Below are positions 8,170 to 17,461 of a stretch of 32,000 bases of DNA, piece by piece. A program made the translations under genes and the position numbers. Location: NCBI GenBank assembly GCA_030429505.1, contig JAUIFI010000001.1, positions 960,001-992,000 on the forward strand. Direction: 5' to 3'. The notes below the pieces were generated by a model. That model worked only from the letters and a program-made list of their open reading frames with translations. It was not told where the DNA came from and searched no databases. This DNA comes from Candidatus Saccharimonadota bacterium. Its GTDB lineage: Bacteria > Patescibacteriota > Gracilibacteria > UBA4473. The first letter of the stretch is position 1; each line of letters starts with the position of its first letter.

Positions 8170-11100
8170 ATGCACACAAAAACTTGGTTTGGGTTCCTCC
8201 TTATGCTGAGCATAGGACCGGTATCGGTTCATGCTTTTTCAGGAAATGGAAATGGATCAGAACAAAAACCATATGAAATTACAACATGTGCACAACTCGA
8301 TGAAATCAGAAACGCCTTTAGTTCAGATTATGAGCTAAAAAACAATATTGATTGTAACGTCGCTCCCTATAATTCTGGAGAGGGATTTGATCCTTTAGGA
8401 GATACAACCTATGGAAACTTTAATGGTACTTTTAAAGGGAATGGATATACCATATCCAACCTCTATATCAATAGACCAGATGAAGACAGGGTAGGGCTTT
8501 TCGGTTTTACAGATGGAGGACAAATTAAAAATCTCAAAGTAATTGGGGCGAACATTACCGGGAAAAGGTACGTTGGAGTTATAGCTGGACAGACGCAAGG
8601 ATCTACTAAAATCGAAGAAGTATATGCATCAGGCATAATAACCGGAAAACCTGGCGAATCATTATATATAGGAGGTATGGTCGGATGGAATGTAGCTCAA
8701 ATTCTAAAGTCCTACGCAGATGTTACTGTGAGTGGGAGAATCTACGTAGGAGGACTTACCGGAAATAATACAGACGAAATAGAAGATTCCTATGCCACGG
8801 GAAATGTCACAGGAGATGACACCGTCGGAGGGTTAGCCGGTATAAATATAGGATCAAATGCTCTCATCAAAAACTCCTATGCTACCGGAAGTATCACGGG
8901 AACTTCTACAGCAGGTGGATTTGTAGGACGAAATACCAGTGGGGCAAAAATCCAGAACTCTTATTCTACCGGTGCTGTTAGTGGAAGCTCCAATGTCGGT
9001 GGATTTGTCGGATCAAACAATAGTTCAATCATTGAAAATTCCTACTGGGATGTAAATAGAAGTGGGCAAATATCTACAAGTGGCGATACCAGTCCCATAA
9101 ATACTTCCGGAGAGCCTAATCCTAATTATTGGTTTGGAAATTCAACAAATCCTCCTATGCAAAGCTGGGATTTTACCAATACTTGGCAAACTAACTCCAA
9201 TGCCCATCCAACCATACAATTTCCGGCACAGATTGACGATAGTGAAAACAATGAAGATTCCGCAGAAGATGTAGGAATTCCTGGAGGAGGAATAGCAAAA
9301 TCGGGTATAGATCTAAATGCCTCAACCATAGAAATAGCTTTCACTCCAGAACTTGATGATACTCCATCCTTTTCATGCTTTGGTTCCAATACCAGCCCGG
9401 TCACAAAAACTCTTTCTCAAATAGGCGTTACTGATCCAGATGACTTGGAAACGATTTTAAATCAGCAATGCTTGCAACAAGCTGGAGATTATATCATAGA
9501 TTTGACCGTATTTGACCGAGCAGGCAATGGACCAGTCGTAGAAAATGTTCAATTTACCATTACCGCCTCTGATCCAGAACTCAACATGGTACAAACTTCA
9601 TGTGATAATGCTCCTTATGCTAATGGCAGCGATGCGTGTTATTTCGAGATCACCATTAAAGATCGATTTCAAAACCCCGTCACACAAATTACCTCTCTCG
9701 ACTTAGGAGCATCACCCACCTACAATACCAATGATGATGCCAACGAGCTTACCAAATTTCACAATGGGCTTTTTGTAAGTGTTCCTACCATTTCCAATGG
9801 AAAAGGATCACTATCTGTAACCTCAAAAGTCCCCAGCCTTGGGAAAATAGGAGATCATCTTGCTCAAGTCGTACAAAGAATAATGAATTTTTCGGGGAAC
9901 GTTCCAGAAATCACCAGTAGCGGAAATACCGGTAGCAGCAATATTCCCATCTCACAAAACGTAGGACTCACCTTTCATAATCTCTTTGCTGTCAGACCAG
10001 AAGGAGTGTACGTTACCCTCAATAAATCAGGGGAAGATACAGATAGCCGAATTAATTTTACCATTACCGAACAAGGAACATCTGGCATTGGAAGTTTAGG
10101 AGAAGGATTTCAGGCGAGAAATAAAGACATCACTCACGTCACCTATGTTCCTCAAACTCCTCACTTTGATAGTTTTCCAGATGTCACTCAAAACAGTTGG
10201 GTAGGACTCATCAACTTGATCAACGATAATTTTAATATTGATACCGCAAACTACCCATTGTCACTCACTACAGCTATAGACTACGTGATAAATGGAACTG
10301 CTGTTCGTCATCCAGCAGGAGGTGCTGGGCTACATGGAAATATTAATGATCCAGATGACCCCAATGATAATAGTCAGAACTATGACCTTCGTAATCGAAA
10401 TAATGGTTCAGATCCTACTGGCGCTATCGGATACAACTATGATTTGACTCCAGAAAATATTCGCGCAGATATCGAAGGAGGTATATTGGGAGATATAGAT
10501 GATACCTTTAATACTTTTGATAACGCCATTGAAATCGGAGCCATACAAGCCACAGATCTTCGAGAAAATATCGTAGAAAATGCCGTTCGTCTCAGCCGAG
10601 GGGTATCTGACACACTTCCATCAGGAGATTTTGCTAATTGGTTTACCGATAAAAACGTAGTTGTCGTCACTGGAGATGTGACATTGAGTACTTCAAGCGC
10701 AAGTATCAATATGCCTACGGGGAAAAACACCCTCATTATCAAAGATGGAAATCTGATCATTGCCGATGATATGCAGTACCAAAACAATGCCGATTCAGTC
10801 GGATTTATACTCATCAATAGTAATCCAGGAGTGAAGCCTGCGAAAAGCAATATCTTTGTCCGATCAAACGTTAAAAACATAGTCGGAACCTACTACGCCG
10901 ACGGAGCCATCATGACTAATGATGGCAGTTCTATTTCCACCGGAAATCCCGGAAGTACGGATCAGCTTCTCCTGCAAGGAACCTTATATACCAACAATAC
11001 TCTCGGAGGATTCTTTAACACCCGGACTCCATGGGGAGATGATAGCTCAGAAGAATCCCAAAAATACGATCTTCACTACGTCAGACGATACAACGGCAGC

Positions 11101-11208
11101 AACGGAACCGCTGCTCCCGGAGCCTCTCCTAATCCACACGCCTTCGTTATCCGTGTAGATGGTAAAGCCATCCAAAGCCCTCCGCCAGGATTTACAACGA
11201 GTCAGTAA
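8170..11208 (+). CDS. Large secreted GLUG-repeat (beta-helix) surface protein
   Basis: ATG at 8170 gives the signal peptide MHTKTWFGFLLMLSIGPVSVHA. Nt 8524-9060 encode six ~26-30-aa repeats of the type IxNSYATGxVTGxxxVGGLxGxN (GLUG motif). The remaining ~700 aa are Asn/Thr/Gly-rich with no motif I recognise. Confidence 0.8.
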   Translation: MHTKTWFGFLLMLSIGPVSVHAFSGNGNGSEQKPYEITTCAQLDEIRNAFSSDYELKNNIDCNVAPYNSGEGFDPLGDTTYGNFNGTFKGNGYTISNLYINRPDEDRVGLFGFTDGGQIKNLKVIGANITGKRYVGVIAGQTQGSTKIEEVYASGIITGKPGESLYIGGMVGWNVAQILKSYADVTVSGRIYVGGLTGNNTDEIEDSYATGNVTGDDTVGGLAGINIGSNALIKNSYATGSITGTSTAGGFVGRNTSGAKIQNSYSTGAVSGSSNVGGFVGSNNSSIIENSYWDVNRSGQISTSGDTSPINTSGEPNPNYWFGNSTNPPMQSWDFTNTWQTNSNAHPTIQFPAQIDDSENNEDSAEDVGIPGGGIAKSGIDLNASTIEIAFTPELDDTPSFSCFGSNTSPVTKTLSQIGVTDPDDLETILNQQCLQQAGDYIIDLTVFDRAGNGPVVENVQFTITASDPELNMVQTSCDNAPYANGSDACYFEITIKDRFQNPVTQITSLDLGASPTYNTNDDANELTKFHNGLFVSVPTISNGKGSLSVTSKVPSLGKIGDHLAQVVQRIMNFSGNVPEITSSGNTGSSNIPISQNVGLTFHNLFAVRPEGVYVTLNKSGEDTDSRINFTITEQGTSGIGSLGEGFQARNKDITHVTYVPQTPHFDSFPDVTQNSWVGLINLINDNFNIDTANYPLSLTTAIDYVINGTAVRHPAGGAGLHGNINDPDDPNDNSQNYDLRNRNNGSDPTGAIGYNYDLTPENIRADIEGGILGDIDDTFNTFDNAIEIGAIQATDLRENIVENAVRLSRGVSDTLPSGDFANWFTDKNVVVVTGDVTLSTSSASINMPTGKNTLIIKDGNLIIADDMQYQNNADSVGFILINSNPGVKPAKSNIFVRSNVKNIVGTYYADGAIMTNDGSSISTGNPGSTDQLLLQGTLYTNNTLGGFFNTRTPWGDDSSEESQKYDLHYVRRYNGSNGTAAPGASPNPHAFVIRVDGKAIQSPPPGFTTSQ

Positions 11209-11292
11209 TTAAAATGTAATTATTATTAAATTACACTTATTGACACAAAAAATTTGATCTGCAAAGCTTTGATCGTACCTCATTTCATTACT

Positions 11293-11547
11293 ATGAAAAA
11301 CTTTTTTCTTGGTGTCGGTGTTACTATTTTGGCTTTCGTTTCACAGCAAGTTTACGCTTACTATATAAGCGATTTTTATGATGTTGAATCAGCAATAAAT
11401 GATCTTGAATCTACTTTAGAAAAAGTAGAAGATGCTGTCTGTGGTTGGGGTGGATGTAGTAGTTGGGATGATGGAAAAGTTGACGACTTAGAAAGTATAA
11501 TATCAGACTTGGAAGCTGTTTTTGACAGATATGGAATTAGTTACTAA
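11293..11547 (+). CDS. Small acidic secreted protein (84 aa precursor)
   Basis: ATG at 11293 gives the signal peptide MKNFFLGVGVTILAFVSQQVYA. The mature part has two acidic helical segments (DVESAINDLESTLEKVEDAV / DDLESIISDLEAVFDRY) around CGWGGCSSWDDG. Confidence 0.55.
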   Translation: MKNFFLGVGVTILAFVSQQVYAYYISDFYDVESAINDLESTLEKVEDAVCGWGGCSSWDDGKVDDLESIISDLEAVFDRYGISY

Positions 11548-11640
11548 TTCTTCGAATTTCACTTAATACCCCTTTCAAGAAAAGTATTTTTCTTTCGAAT
11601 AAAACCGGTGGAACTTGTTTCCCTCTGGGGTTTTTTATAT

Positions 11641-13086
11641 CTACACACTTTCCACTACATTCCGCCACGTGCGCAGCAAAGTTCCGGTAGCTCCTATAGG
11701 AGAAAGCTCATCACCACCTTTTTCATGAAAAGCTGTTCCTGCAATGTCAAAGTGCACCCATGGAGTCTTTTCGACAAAGTTTTCCAGAAAAGTACCAGCC
11801 ATAGAACTTCCAGCACCTACCCCAGCCGTCCAATTAATCAAATCAGATTGAGTACCTTTTATTTTTTCTCGGAAAAAATCAGTAATTGGCAACTCCCACA
11901 CTGGCTCATCCGCTTGCTCTGCTGCTTTTTTGACCTGAGTAATAGCCTTAGCATCATTCCCCATAATACCCGTAATCTTTTCTCCCAGAGCCACTACCAC
12001 TGCTCCCGTGAGCGTAGCCGCATCCATCATCAAACGTGGTTTGAGTTTAGTAGCGGCATAATATAAGCAATCAGATAAAACCAACCTTCCTTCGGCATCA
12101 GTATTCGTAATTTCAACGGTCTGACCATTCATCCCAGTCAAAATATCTCCGGGTTTAAAAGCATTACTTGATACCAGGTTTTCCACCGCTCCAATTACAC
12201 CGATGACATTTTGCTTTGGCTTCGCTTTTGCAATCCAGTGAAAAAGACCGAGTACCGTTGCCGCTCCTCCCATATCACACTTCATAGTTTCGATGTACTT
12301 GGTCGGTTTCAGATTATATCCTCCAGCATCAAAGGTCACACCTTTCCCTACAAAAGCAATTGGTTTGTCCGATTTTTTGCCGCCATTGTATTCGAGGACT
12401 ACCATCTGAGATTCCTCAGCCGAACCCTGTCCAACGGCATAAAAATTTCCCATTTTAAGCTTCAAAAGCTCTTTTTCTCCCAAAACTTTTACTTTCAGAC
12501 TTTTATTTATTTTCGTTAAAGTCTTTGCCTTTCCAGCTAAGATTTTCGGCGTCATCATATTGGGAGGCAGGTTGATCAGATCACGTGTAAAATTTGTTGC
12601 TTCTCCCAAAGCTACTTCAGCATCCAATTCCTGCTGAGAAAATTTTGTGCGACTCAGAAGTGTGACTTGAGAAGGTGAAAACTGATCTTTCGTATCTCCA
12701 ATTTTAAACTCGTAATTTCCCAACATCGCTCCAGATACTATTCGCTTTAGATCAAAAATATCTGGCAATAGAAACGCTACTTTCTTTGATTTTAATTTTT
12801 TTGCTTTTCGAAGTGCTAGGCTAGCAGCCTTTCTCTGATCAACCAATTGATCCCCCTTTCCGGTTCCAATCAGAAACGTTTTTTTTGCATCGTTACTTCC
12901 AGGAAAAAGTTGAACCATTTCTCCAAGCTTCCCTTCACAATCTTTCGCACTCATGCGTTCAGCAATCTGTTTAGCTAAAGAGGATGATAAGAAAGTGCCA
13001 TAAAGTTTCGCATTCCATTTTTTTTCCGGAACAAAAACAAAGAGGCTATCAGCCGAAACAGATTTGGAGGCGACAGAAAATTTCAT
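11641..13086 (-). CDS. pepA: Leucyl aminopeptidase (M17 family)
   Basis: Contains VGKGVTFDAGGYNLKP and the M17 signature NTDAEGRLVLSD. I place the start at ATG 13086 (MKFSVASKS...); the track start at 13116 is a TTG. Confidence 0.9.
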   Translation of the reverse strand: MKFSVASKSVSADSLFVFVPEKKWNAKLYGTFLSSSLAKQIAERMSAKDCEGKLGEMVQLFPGSNDAKKTFLIGTGKGDQLVDQRKAASLALRKAKKLKSKKVAFLLPDIFDLKRIVSGAMLGNYEFKIGDTKDQFSPSQVTLLSRTKFSQQELDAEVALGEATNFTRDLINLPPNMMTPKILAGKAKTLTKINKSLKVKVLGEKELLKLKMGNFYAVGQGSAEESQMVVLEYNGGKKSDKPIAFVGKGVTFDAGGYNLKPTKYIETMKCDMGGAATVLGLFHWIAKAKPKQNVIGVIGAVENLVSSNAFKPGDILTGMNGQTVEITNTDAEGRLVLSDCLYYAATKLKPRLMMDAATLTGAVVVALGEKITGIMGNDAKAITQVKKAAEQADEPVWELPITDFFREKIKGTQSDLINWTAGVGAGSSMAGTFLENFVEKTPWVHFDIAGTAFHEKGGDELSPIGATGTLLRTWRNVVESV

Positions 13087-13151
13087 AATAAAAAAGAAGA
13101 AGGAATAACGTTGCAAATACTAATCAGAATACAGGAAAAAGACAAATAGAA

Positions 13152-14006
13152 TTACTTCCAAAAAATCTGATTTGGAATTCTCAGATCAATGTGTTCAAGC
13201 GGAGAAAAATAAAAATCAATCTTCTCTTCTGCCAACTTCAATTTCCTTACTTGTGGTTCAATATCCTGTGCCAAATCAATCCAAATCGAAAAATTGTTTT
13301 CCGTTATCAAATGCACTTCCTTTGATACATAAAAAAGATGTAGTTCTGAGATTTTTAAATCCAGTTCTTGATGGATAAAATCTCGTGCCGCAAATATTTT
13401 TTCCAACTCCTCCGTTTTCAGAAATTTTTGTCGATGTGTGATCGGTTTTTCATGTTGAAAAACAGTTATCAAGGGGAGCCCTTCTTGAGCTTCTTTCTGT
13501 AGAACAATACCACTTTTTGTTACCACCCAAAAATTTGCCAGTTCGTGATTAAGGATATTTACAAAAGGAGGAGATAAAGTAACCTTTAACTCAACTTCAG
13601 AGGGCCACTTTTCCTGGATGTCAATAGTTTCAAACTCTGGAAAAATATCATATAAATGATTCTTCATCTTTTGATGAGATAAAAGCAATAAATTTTTTCC
13701 ATAAAAATCAGCCACACTTTCTTCTAAAAGTTCGATATCAAGCCTGGGATCATCTCTCAGAAAAGCTATTTTTTTGATGTCAAAATAAGGTGAAAAAAGA
13801 GCAATCAAAATAAAAAGAGTGATCAAAGAAAAAATAAAAGATACCAAAAAAGAAGTACGAAAAAGACGCGCAATCTGACGAAGAAAAAGAAACTGTACAA
13901 CAAGATTCATCATTCTATTCCGAATCTTTCGCCCCTTTGGGCGGTGCGTTTGGTTTGAATCCAAGAGAAACTCTCGACGACGACGACGGGTTTTACGACG
14001 AAACAT
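13152..14006 (-). CDS. Cell division protein FtsQ/DivIB-like (TM anchor + POTRA)
   Basis: Basic N-terminus, one TM helix (FIFSLITLFILIALF), then a POTRA-like segment (FDIKKIAFLRDDPRLDIELLEESV...WPSEVELKVT). Confidence 0.55.
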   Translation of the reverse strand: MFRRKTRRRRREFLLDSNQTHRPKGRKIRNRMMNLVVQFLFLRQIARLFRTSFLVSFIFSLITLFILIALFSPYFDIKKIAFLRDDPRLDIELLEESVADFYGKNLLLLSHQKMKNHLYDIFPEFETIDIQEKWPSEVELKVTLSPPFVNILNHELANFWVVTKSGIVLQKEAQEGLPLITVFQHEKPITHRQKFLKTEELEKIFAARDFIHQELDLKISELHLFYVSKEVHLITENNFSIWIDLAQDIEPQVRKLKLAEEKIDFYFSPLEHIDLRIPNQIFWK

Positions 14007-14029
14007 AAATCAAAAAATGGAAGAAACCA

Positions 14030-14575
14030 TCAAACAGACAAGATGTCAGCTTCTTTTTTCTTGTATATTTCATCGACCATTTTATTGGTTTCATCAATCT
14101 TTTCTTGAACTTGCTTTTCCTGGTGCTTGGCTTCATCCTCAGAAATCTCTTTTTGATCCTTCTGATGTTTGATTTTTTTTACATAATCCTGACGAATATT
14201 GCGGATAGAAATCTTACTATTTTCAGCTAAATCATGAACCTTTTTAACAATTTGTCGACGCCTTTCTTCGGTCATCAAAGGTACTTTAAGCAAAATACAT
14301 TCTCCCATATTTTGTGGCATCATACCGGTGTTGGATGCAATAATGCCTTTCTCTATAGCCTCTAAAACAGTTTTGTCCCATGGTTCAATACGAATAGTCT
14401 GAGAATCAGGACAAGAAATATTGGCCGTATTTTTAAGAGGCATAGAGCTTCCATATACTTCAACCGAAACTTCATCGATCAATGCAGCATTTGCCCGACC
14501 AACACTAATTCCAGCCAATTCTTGCCTCAAATGATTCACAGCTTTTTCTAACGATTGATTAAGTTCTGATATCAT
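14030..14575 (-). CDS. frr: Ribosome recycling factor
   Basis: 181 aa. LRQELAGISVGRANAALIDEVSVEVYGS and ISIRNIRQD are typical Frr sequence. Confidence 0.92.
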   Translation of the reverse strand: MISELNQSLEKAVNHLRQELAGISVGRANAALIDEVSVEVYGSSMPLKNTANISCPDSQTIRIEPWDKTVLEAIEKGIIASNTGMMPQNMGECILLKVPLMTEERRRQIVKKVHDLAENSKISIRNIRQDYVKKIKHQKDQKEISEDEAKHQEKQVQEKIDETNKMVDEIYKKKEADILSV

Positions 14576-14653
14576 GAAAAAGAGAAAAAAACGTCACCCC
14601 CAAGATAACAAAAACGGGAAAAAAATCCACCGATTCTTGAGATAAAAAAAGAA

Positions 14654-15946
14654 TTAGGTTGTCTGTAATATCTCCTCTACTACCTCCCGATCAACAAAAG
14701 GGATTTTTATTTTTCCAATAGTTTGAATTTTTTCATGTCCTCGTCCTGCAATAAGTATTATATCTTTCGGTTGAGCTGTCAGTAAAGCGTAGCGAATGGC
14801 TTCGTACCTATCAGCAATAGTAAAAAAATTCTCTCCTTCTTTTCGTTTTATCTTTTCCTGCACACACTGGACGATATAGCGTGGATCTTCGTTGTATGGA
14901 TCATCAGTCGTCAAAACAATTTCATCTGCCAATTTATCAAGCCATTCTCCACATTCTTGCCAGTTTTCTTTCGATCGCCCTCCTGCACCTCCCCACACGA
15001 CAATAATTCGCCCCTGTCCAACATCCTTGAGGGTTTTTAAAACAGACTGAAGTGCTGATGGCTTATAACTATAATCAATAAAAACCGAATAAGGATTATT
15101 ACTGTCTACCAATTCCAAACGACTGGGAATAGCCTTAAGGCTCTTAAGGGAAGCTTCGATTTTAGGTAAAGGTATTTGTTGAATACTGGTCGCAGTAATG
15201 GCTGCCAAAATATTTTCTAGATTATGTTGTCCGATGAGAGGCACTTCGATGTGGGCATTATTATTAGGAATACGAAGATTGAAAGACAATCCTTTGTCAT
15301 TCAATTGAATATCCTGAGCCCGAAAATCACTATTTTGTTGATAGGAATACGTCCATGCTCGATCTGAAGATGCATCAGCAAAAACCTCATAATGTTTATC
15401 ATCTCGATTCAAAACAAAACACTTTGGCACATTTGGTTTTCGATATTCACGATTCAATGTCTGAAACAATAAAAATTTGGTTTTTAAGTAATGAGAAAAA
15501 TCACCATGATAATCCAAATGCTCATTTTCGTAAATATTCGTCAAGACTGCTGTATCAATGCCAGTTCCCCATAATCGATTTTGGTCGATAGCATGAGAAG
15601 ACACTTCTATAACCACATATTTACATTTTGCCTTTACCATCTTTCTCAACCATCTTTGAGTTTTCCAAGGGCGAAGAGAAGTACGAAGCGATTCGTTGTC
15701 AAACGTCTTATTCCCAACATGAAACTGAATAGAAGAAAGCGAGCCACACTTTTCTCCCGCATGCTGTAAAATATGCCAGATCAGCTCAACTGTAGTAGAC
15801 TTACCACTCGTTCCCGTAACGGCAATCACTGTCAAATAATGCCCAGGAAAACGATACCAAATAGCAGCCAAAATAGCCGATATTTTGTGATACAAAAGTC
15901 GTAACGGAGATCGTTCAGGAATTATTTTTCGCAACAAACTCATCAT
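14654..15946 (-). CDS. murE: UDP-N-acetylmuramoyl-L-alanyl-D-glutamate--(DAP or Lys) ligase
   Basis: Mur ligase P-loop VTGTSGKSTT, plus EVSSHAIDQNR, NEHLDYHG, FIDYSYKPSAL, TTDDPYNEDP and AGRGHE, which match the MurE pattern. I place the start at ATG 15946 (MMSLLRK...); the longer track ORF would overlap der. Confidence 0.85.
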   Translation of the reverse strand: MMSLLRKIIPERSPLRLLYHKISAILAAIWYRFPGHYLTVIAVTGTSGKSTTVELIWHILQHAGEKCGSLSSIQFHVGNKTFDNESLRTSLRPWKTQRWLRKMVKAKCKYVVIEVSSHAIDQNRLWGTGIDTAVLTNIYENEHLDYHGDFSHYLKTKFLLFQTLNREYRKPNVPKCFVLNRDDKHYEVFADASSDRAWTYSYQQNSDFRAQDIQLNDKGLSFNLRIPNNNAHIEVPLIGQHNLENILAAITATSIQQIPLPKIEASLKSLKAIPSRLELVDSNNPYSVFIDYSYKPSALQSVLKTLKDVGQGRIIVVWGGAGGRSKENWQECGEWLDKLADEIVLTTDDPYNEDPRYIVQCVQEKIKRKEGENFFTIADRYEAIRYALLTAQPKDIILIAGRGHEKIQTIGKIKIPFVDREVVEEILQTT

Positions 15947-15970
15947 CAATGGTAGTTTACAAAAAAAAAT

Positions 15971-17431
15971 ATGTTTGTTAAATTCAAATCTCTCATGACA
16001 CTTCCTCTCATCACTATTATCGGTCGACCAAATGTCGGAAAATCGACCCTTTTCAATTGCTTTGCCAAAAGTCAAAAAGCCATTGTATCAGATATTCCCG
16101 GCACTACTCGAGATACTGCAATGGAAAAAATAGAAGGGGATAATTATGATTATTGGTTAGTCGATACCGCCGGACTCAGAAATGAAAAAGGGGAAACCTT
16201 AGAAGAAGAAATCCAAACCCAAGCCAAACTCGCCCTTGAAAACGCTGACATTATTCTCTTTCTCATCGACGGAAAAGCTCCTATAACTTTGGAAGACCAA
16301 AATATCATTACTCAACTTCGCAAATCCCAAACACCAGTAATTTTTATCGCCAATAAAATCGATGACGGACAAACAGACAGCTTATTGGAATTAGCACAGT
16401 TTGGGTTGGGAGTTCCACTATCTATTTCCGCCAAAAATTATACTGGAATGTGGGAGCTAGAAGACGCTATTGAGGATCAGCTCGAAGCACTAAAATTTGA
16501 AAAAAAAGATGCAGAAAACAAACCAAAAGAAGAGAAAGATAGTATAAAAGTAGCCCTCATAGGTCGACCAAATGTCGGAAAAAGTTCGCTTTTTAACACC
16601 ATAATCGGCTCCAAAAGAGCCATTGTCTCAAATATTGCCGGTACCACTCGAGACAGCATTGACTCAGAATACACCGATGAAACAGGGCAAAAATTTCTTT
16701 TTTTAGACACCGCCGGACTCAAACGTGCCGGAAGAATTGGGAAAGACATCGATTTTTGGAGTAGTGTGAGAAGCCAGCGTTCCATAGAAATGGCTGATGT
16801 GTGCATTCTTTTGATCGATAGCCTAGATGGTGTCACGCATCAAGATTTAGTCCTCGCTGGAAAAATTATTAAAGCTGGAAAAGGCATCATTATTGGAGTT
16901 AACAAATTTGACTTAGTTCGAGAAAAATCAGGTGAAAAAGAAGAAACCGATGAAAGAGAACTTGATGAAGTCAAGATGTGGGGAGAAAAGCTTGATACCG
17001 TACGAAAAAATTACTGGCACTACCTGCATCAAAAAATGACTTTTTTGTCTTGGGCACCCGTCCTTTTTTTCTCAGCTCAGACTAAAAAAGGAATCTCAGA
17101 TATTTTCCCATCACTCAAGGGTATATATCAAGAACGCCAAAAAAGAATCTCTACCGCCGAACTCAACCGATTTGTCCCCGAGGTCTACTATGGACATATA
17201 ACTCCTATGGTGGGCACTAAAAAAGGCACTATAAAATATGCTACCCAAGCCGACACCATGCCACCCAAATTCATCTTTTTCGTAAACAACTCCAAAGCAT
17301 TTCACTTTAGCTATCGACGGTATCTAGAAAACAAATTACGAGAAAAATATGGATTTCATGGAACGCCTATTCAACTTGAAATAAAAGATGCTATGGAAGG
17401 ACAGGAGAAAAAAAGAAAGAAGAAAAAATAA
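15971..17431 (+). CDS. der: Ribosome-associated GTPase Der/EngA
   Basis: Two tandem GTPase domains, each with GRPNVGKS(T/S)LFN and DTAG, followed by a KH-like C-terminal domain and a Lys-rich tail. Confidence 0.95.
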   Translation: MFVKFKSLMTLPLITIIGRPNVGKSTLFNCFAKSQKAIVSDIPGTTRDTAMEKIEGDNYDYWLVDTAGLRNEKGETLEEEIQTQAKLALENADIILFLIDGKAPITLEDQNIITQLRKSQTPVIFIANKIDDGQTDSLLELAQFGLGVPLSISAKNYTGMWELEDAIEDQLEALKFEKKDAENKPKEEKDSIKVALIGRPNVGKSSLFNTIIGSKRAIVSNIAGTTRDSIDSEYTDETGQKFLFLDTAGLKRAGRIGKDIDFWSSVRSQRSIEMADVCILLIDSLDGVTHQDLVLAGKIIKAGKGIIIGVNKFDLVREKSGEKEETDERELDEVKMWGEKLDTVRKNYWHYLHQKMTFLSWAPVLFFSAQTKKGISDIFPSLKGIYQERQKRISTAELNRFVPEVYYGHITPMVGTKKGTIKYATQADTMPPKFIFFVNNSKAFHFSYRRYLENKLREKYGFHGTPIQLEIKDAMEGQEKKRKKKK

Positions 17432-17461
17432 TAAGCCTTAAGGATAATCACATAAAATTTT

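Noticed and set aside
8079-8213. N-terminal extension of the valS ORF in the track (start at 8213)
   Set aside because: The extension (MLSIRRNPNQVFVCIFLF...) is not ValRS-like and overlaps the divergent GLUG-protein gene. The ATG at 8078 gives a normal ValRS N-terminus.
11440-11475. Shared CGW...WDDG motif between the small secreted protein (CGWGGCSSWDDG) and the 31378 protein (GYCGWDDGF)
   Set aside because: The match is too short, and the two proteins differ in context (secreted versus cytoplasmic) and in everything else. It is most likely coincidence.
15947-16075. N-terminal extension of the murE ORF (start at 16075)
   Set aside because: It would overlap the der coding region on the other strand by >100 nt. 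The ATG at 15946 leaves a normal Mur ligase N-terminus just before the P-loop.
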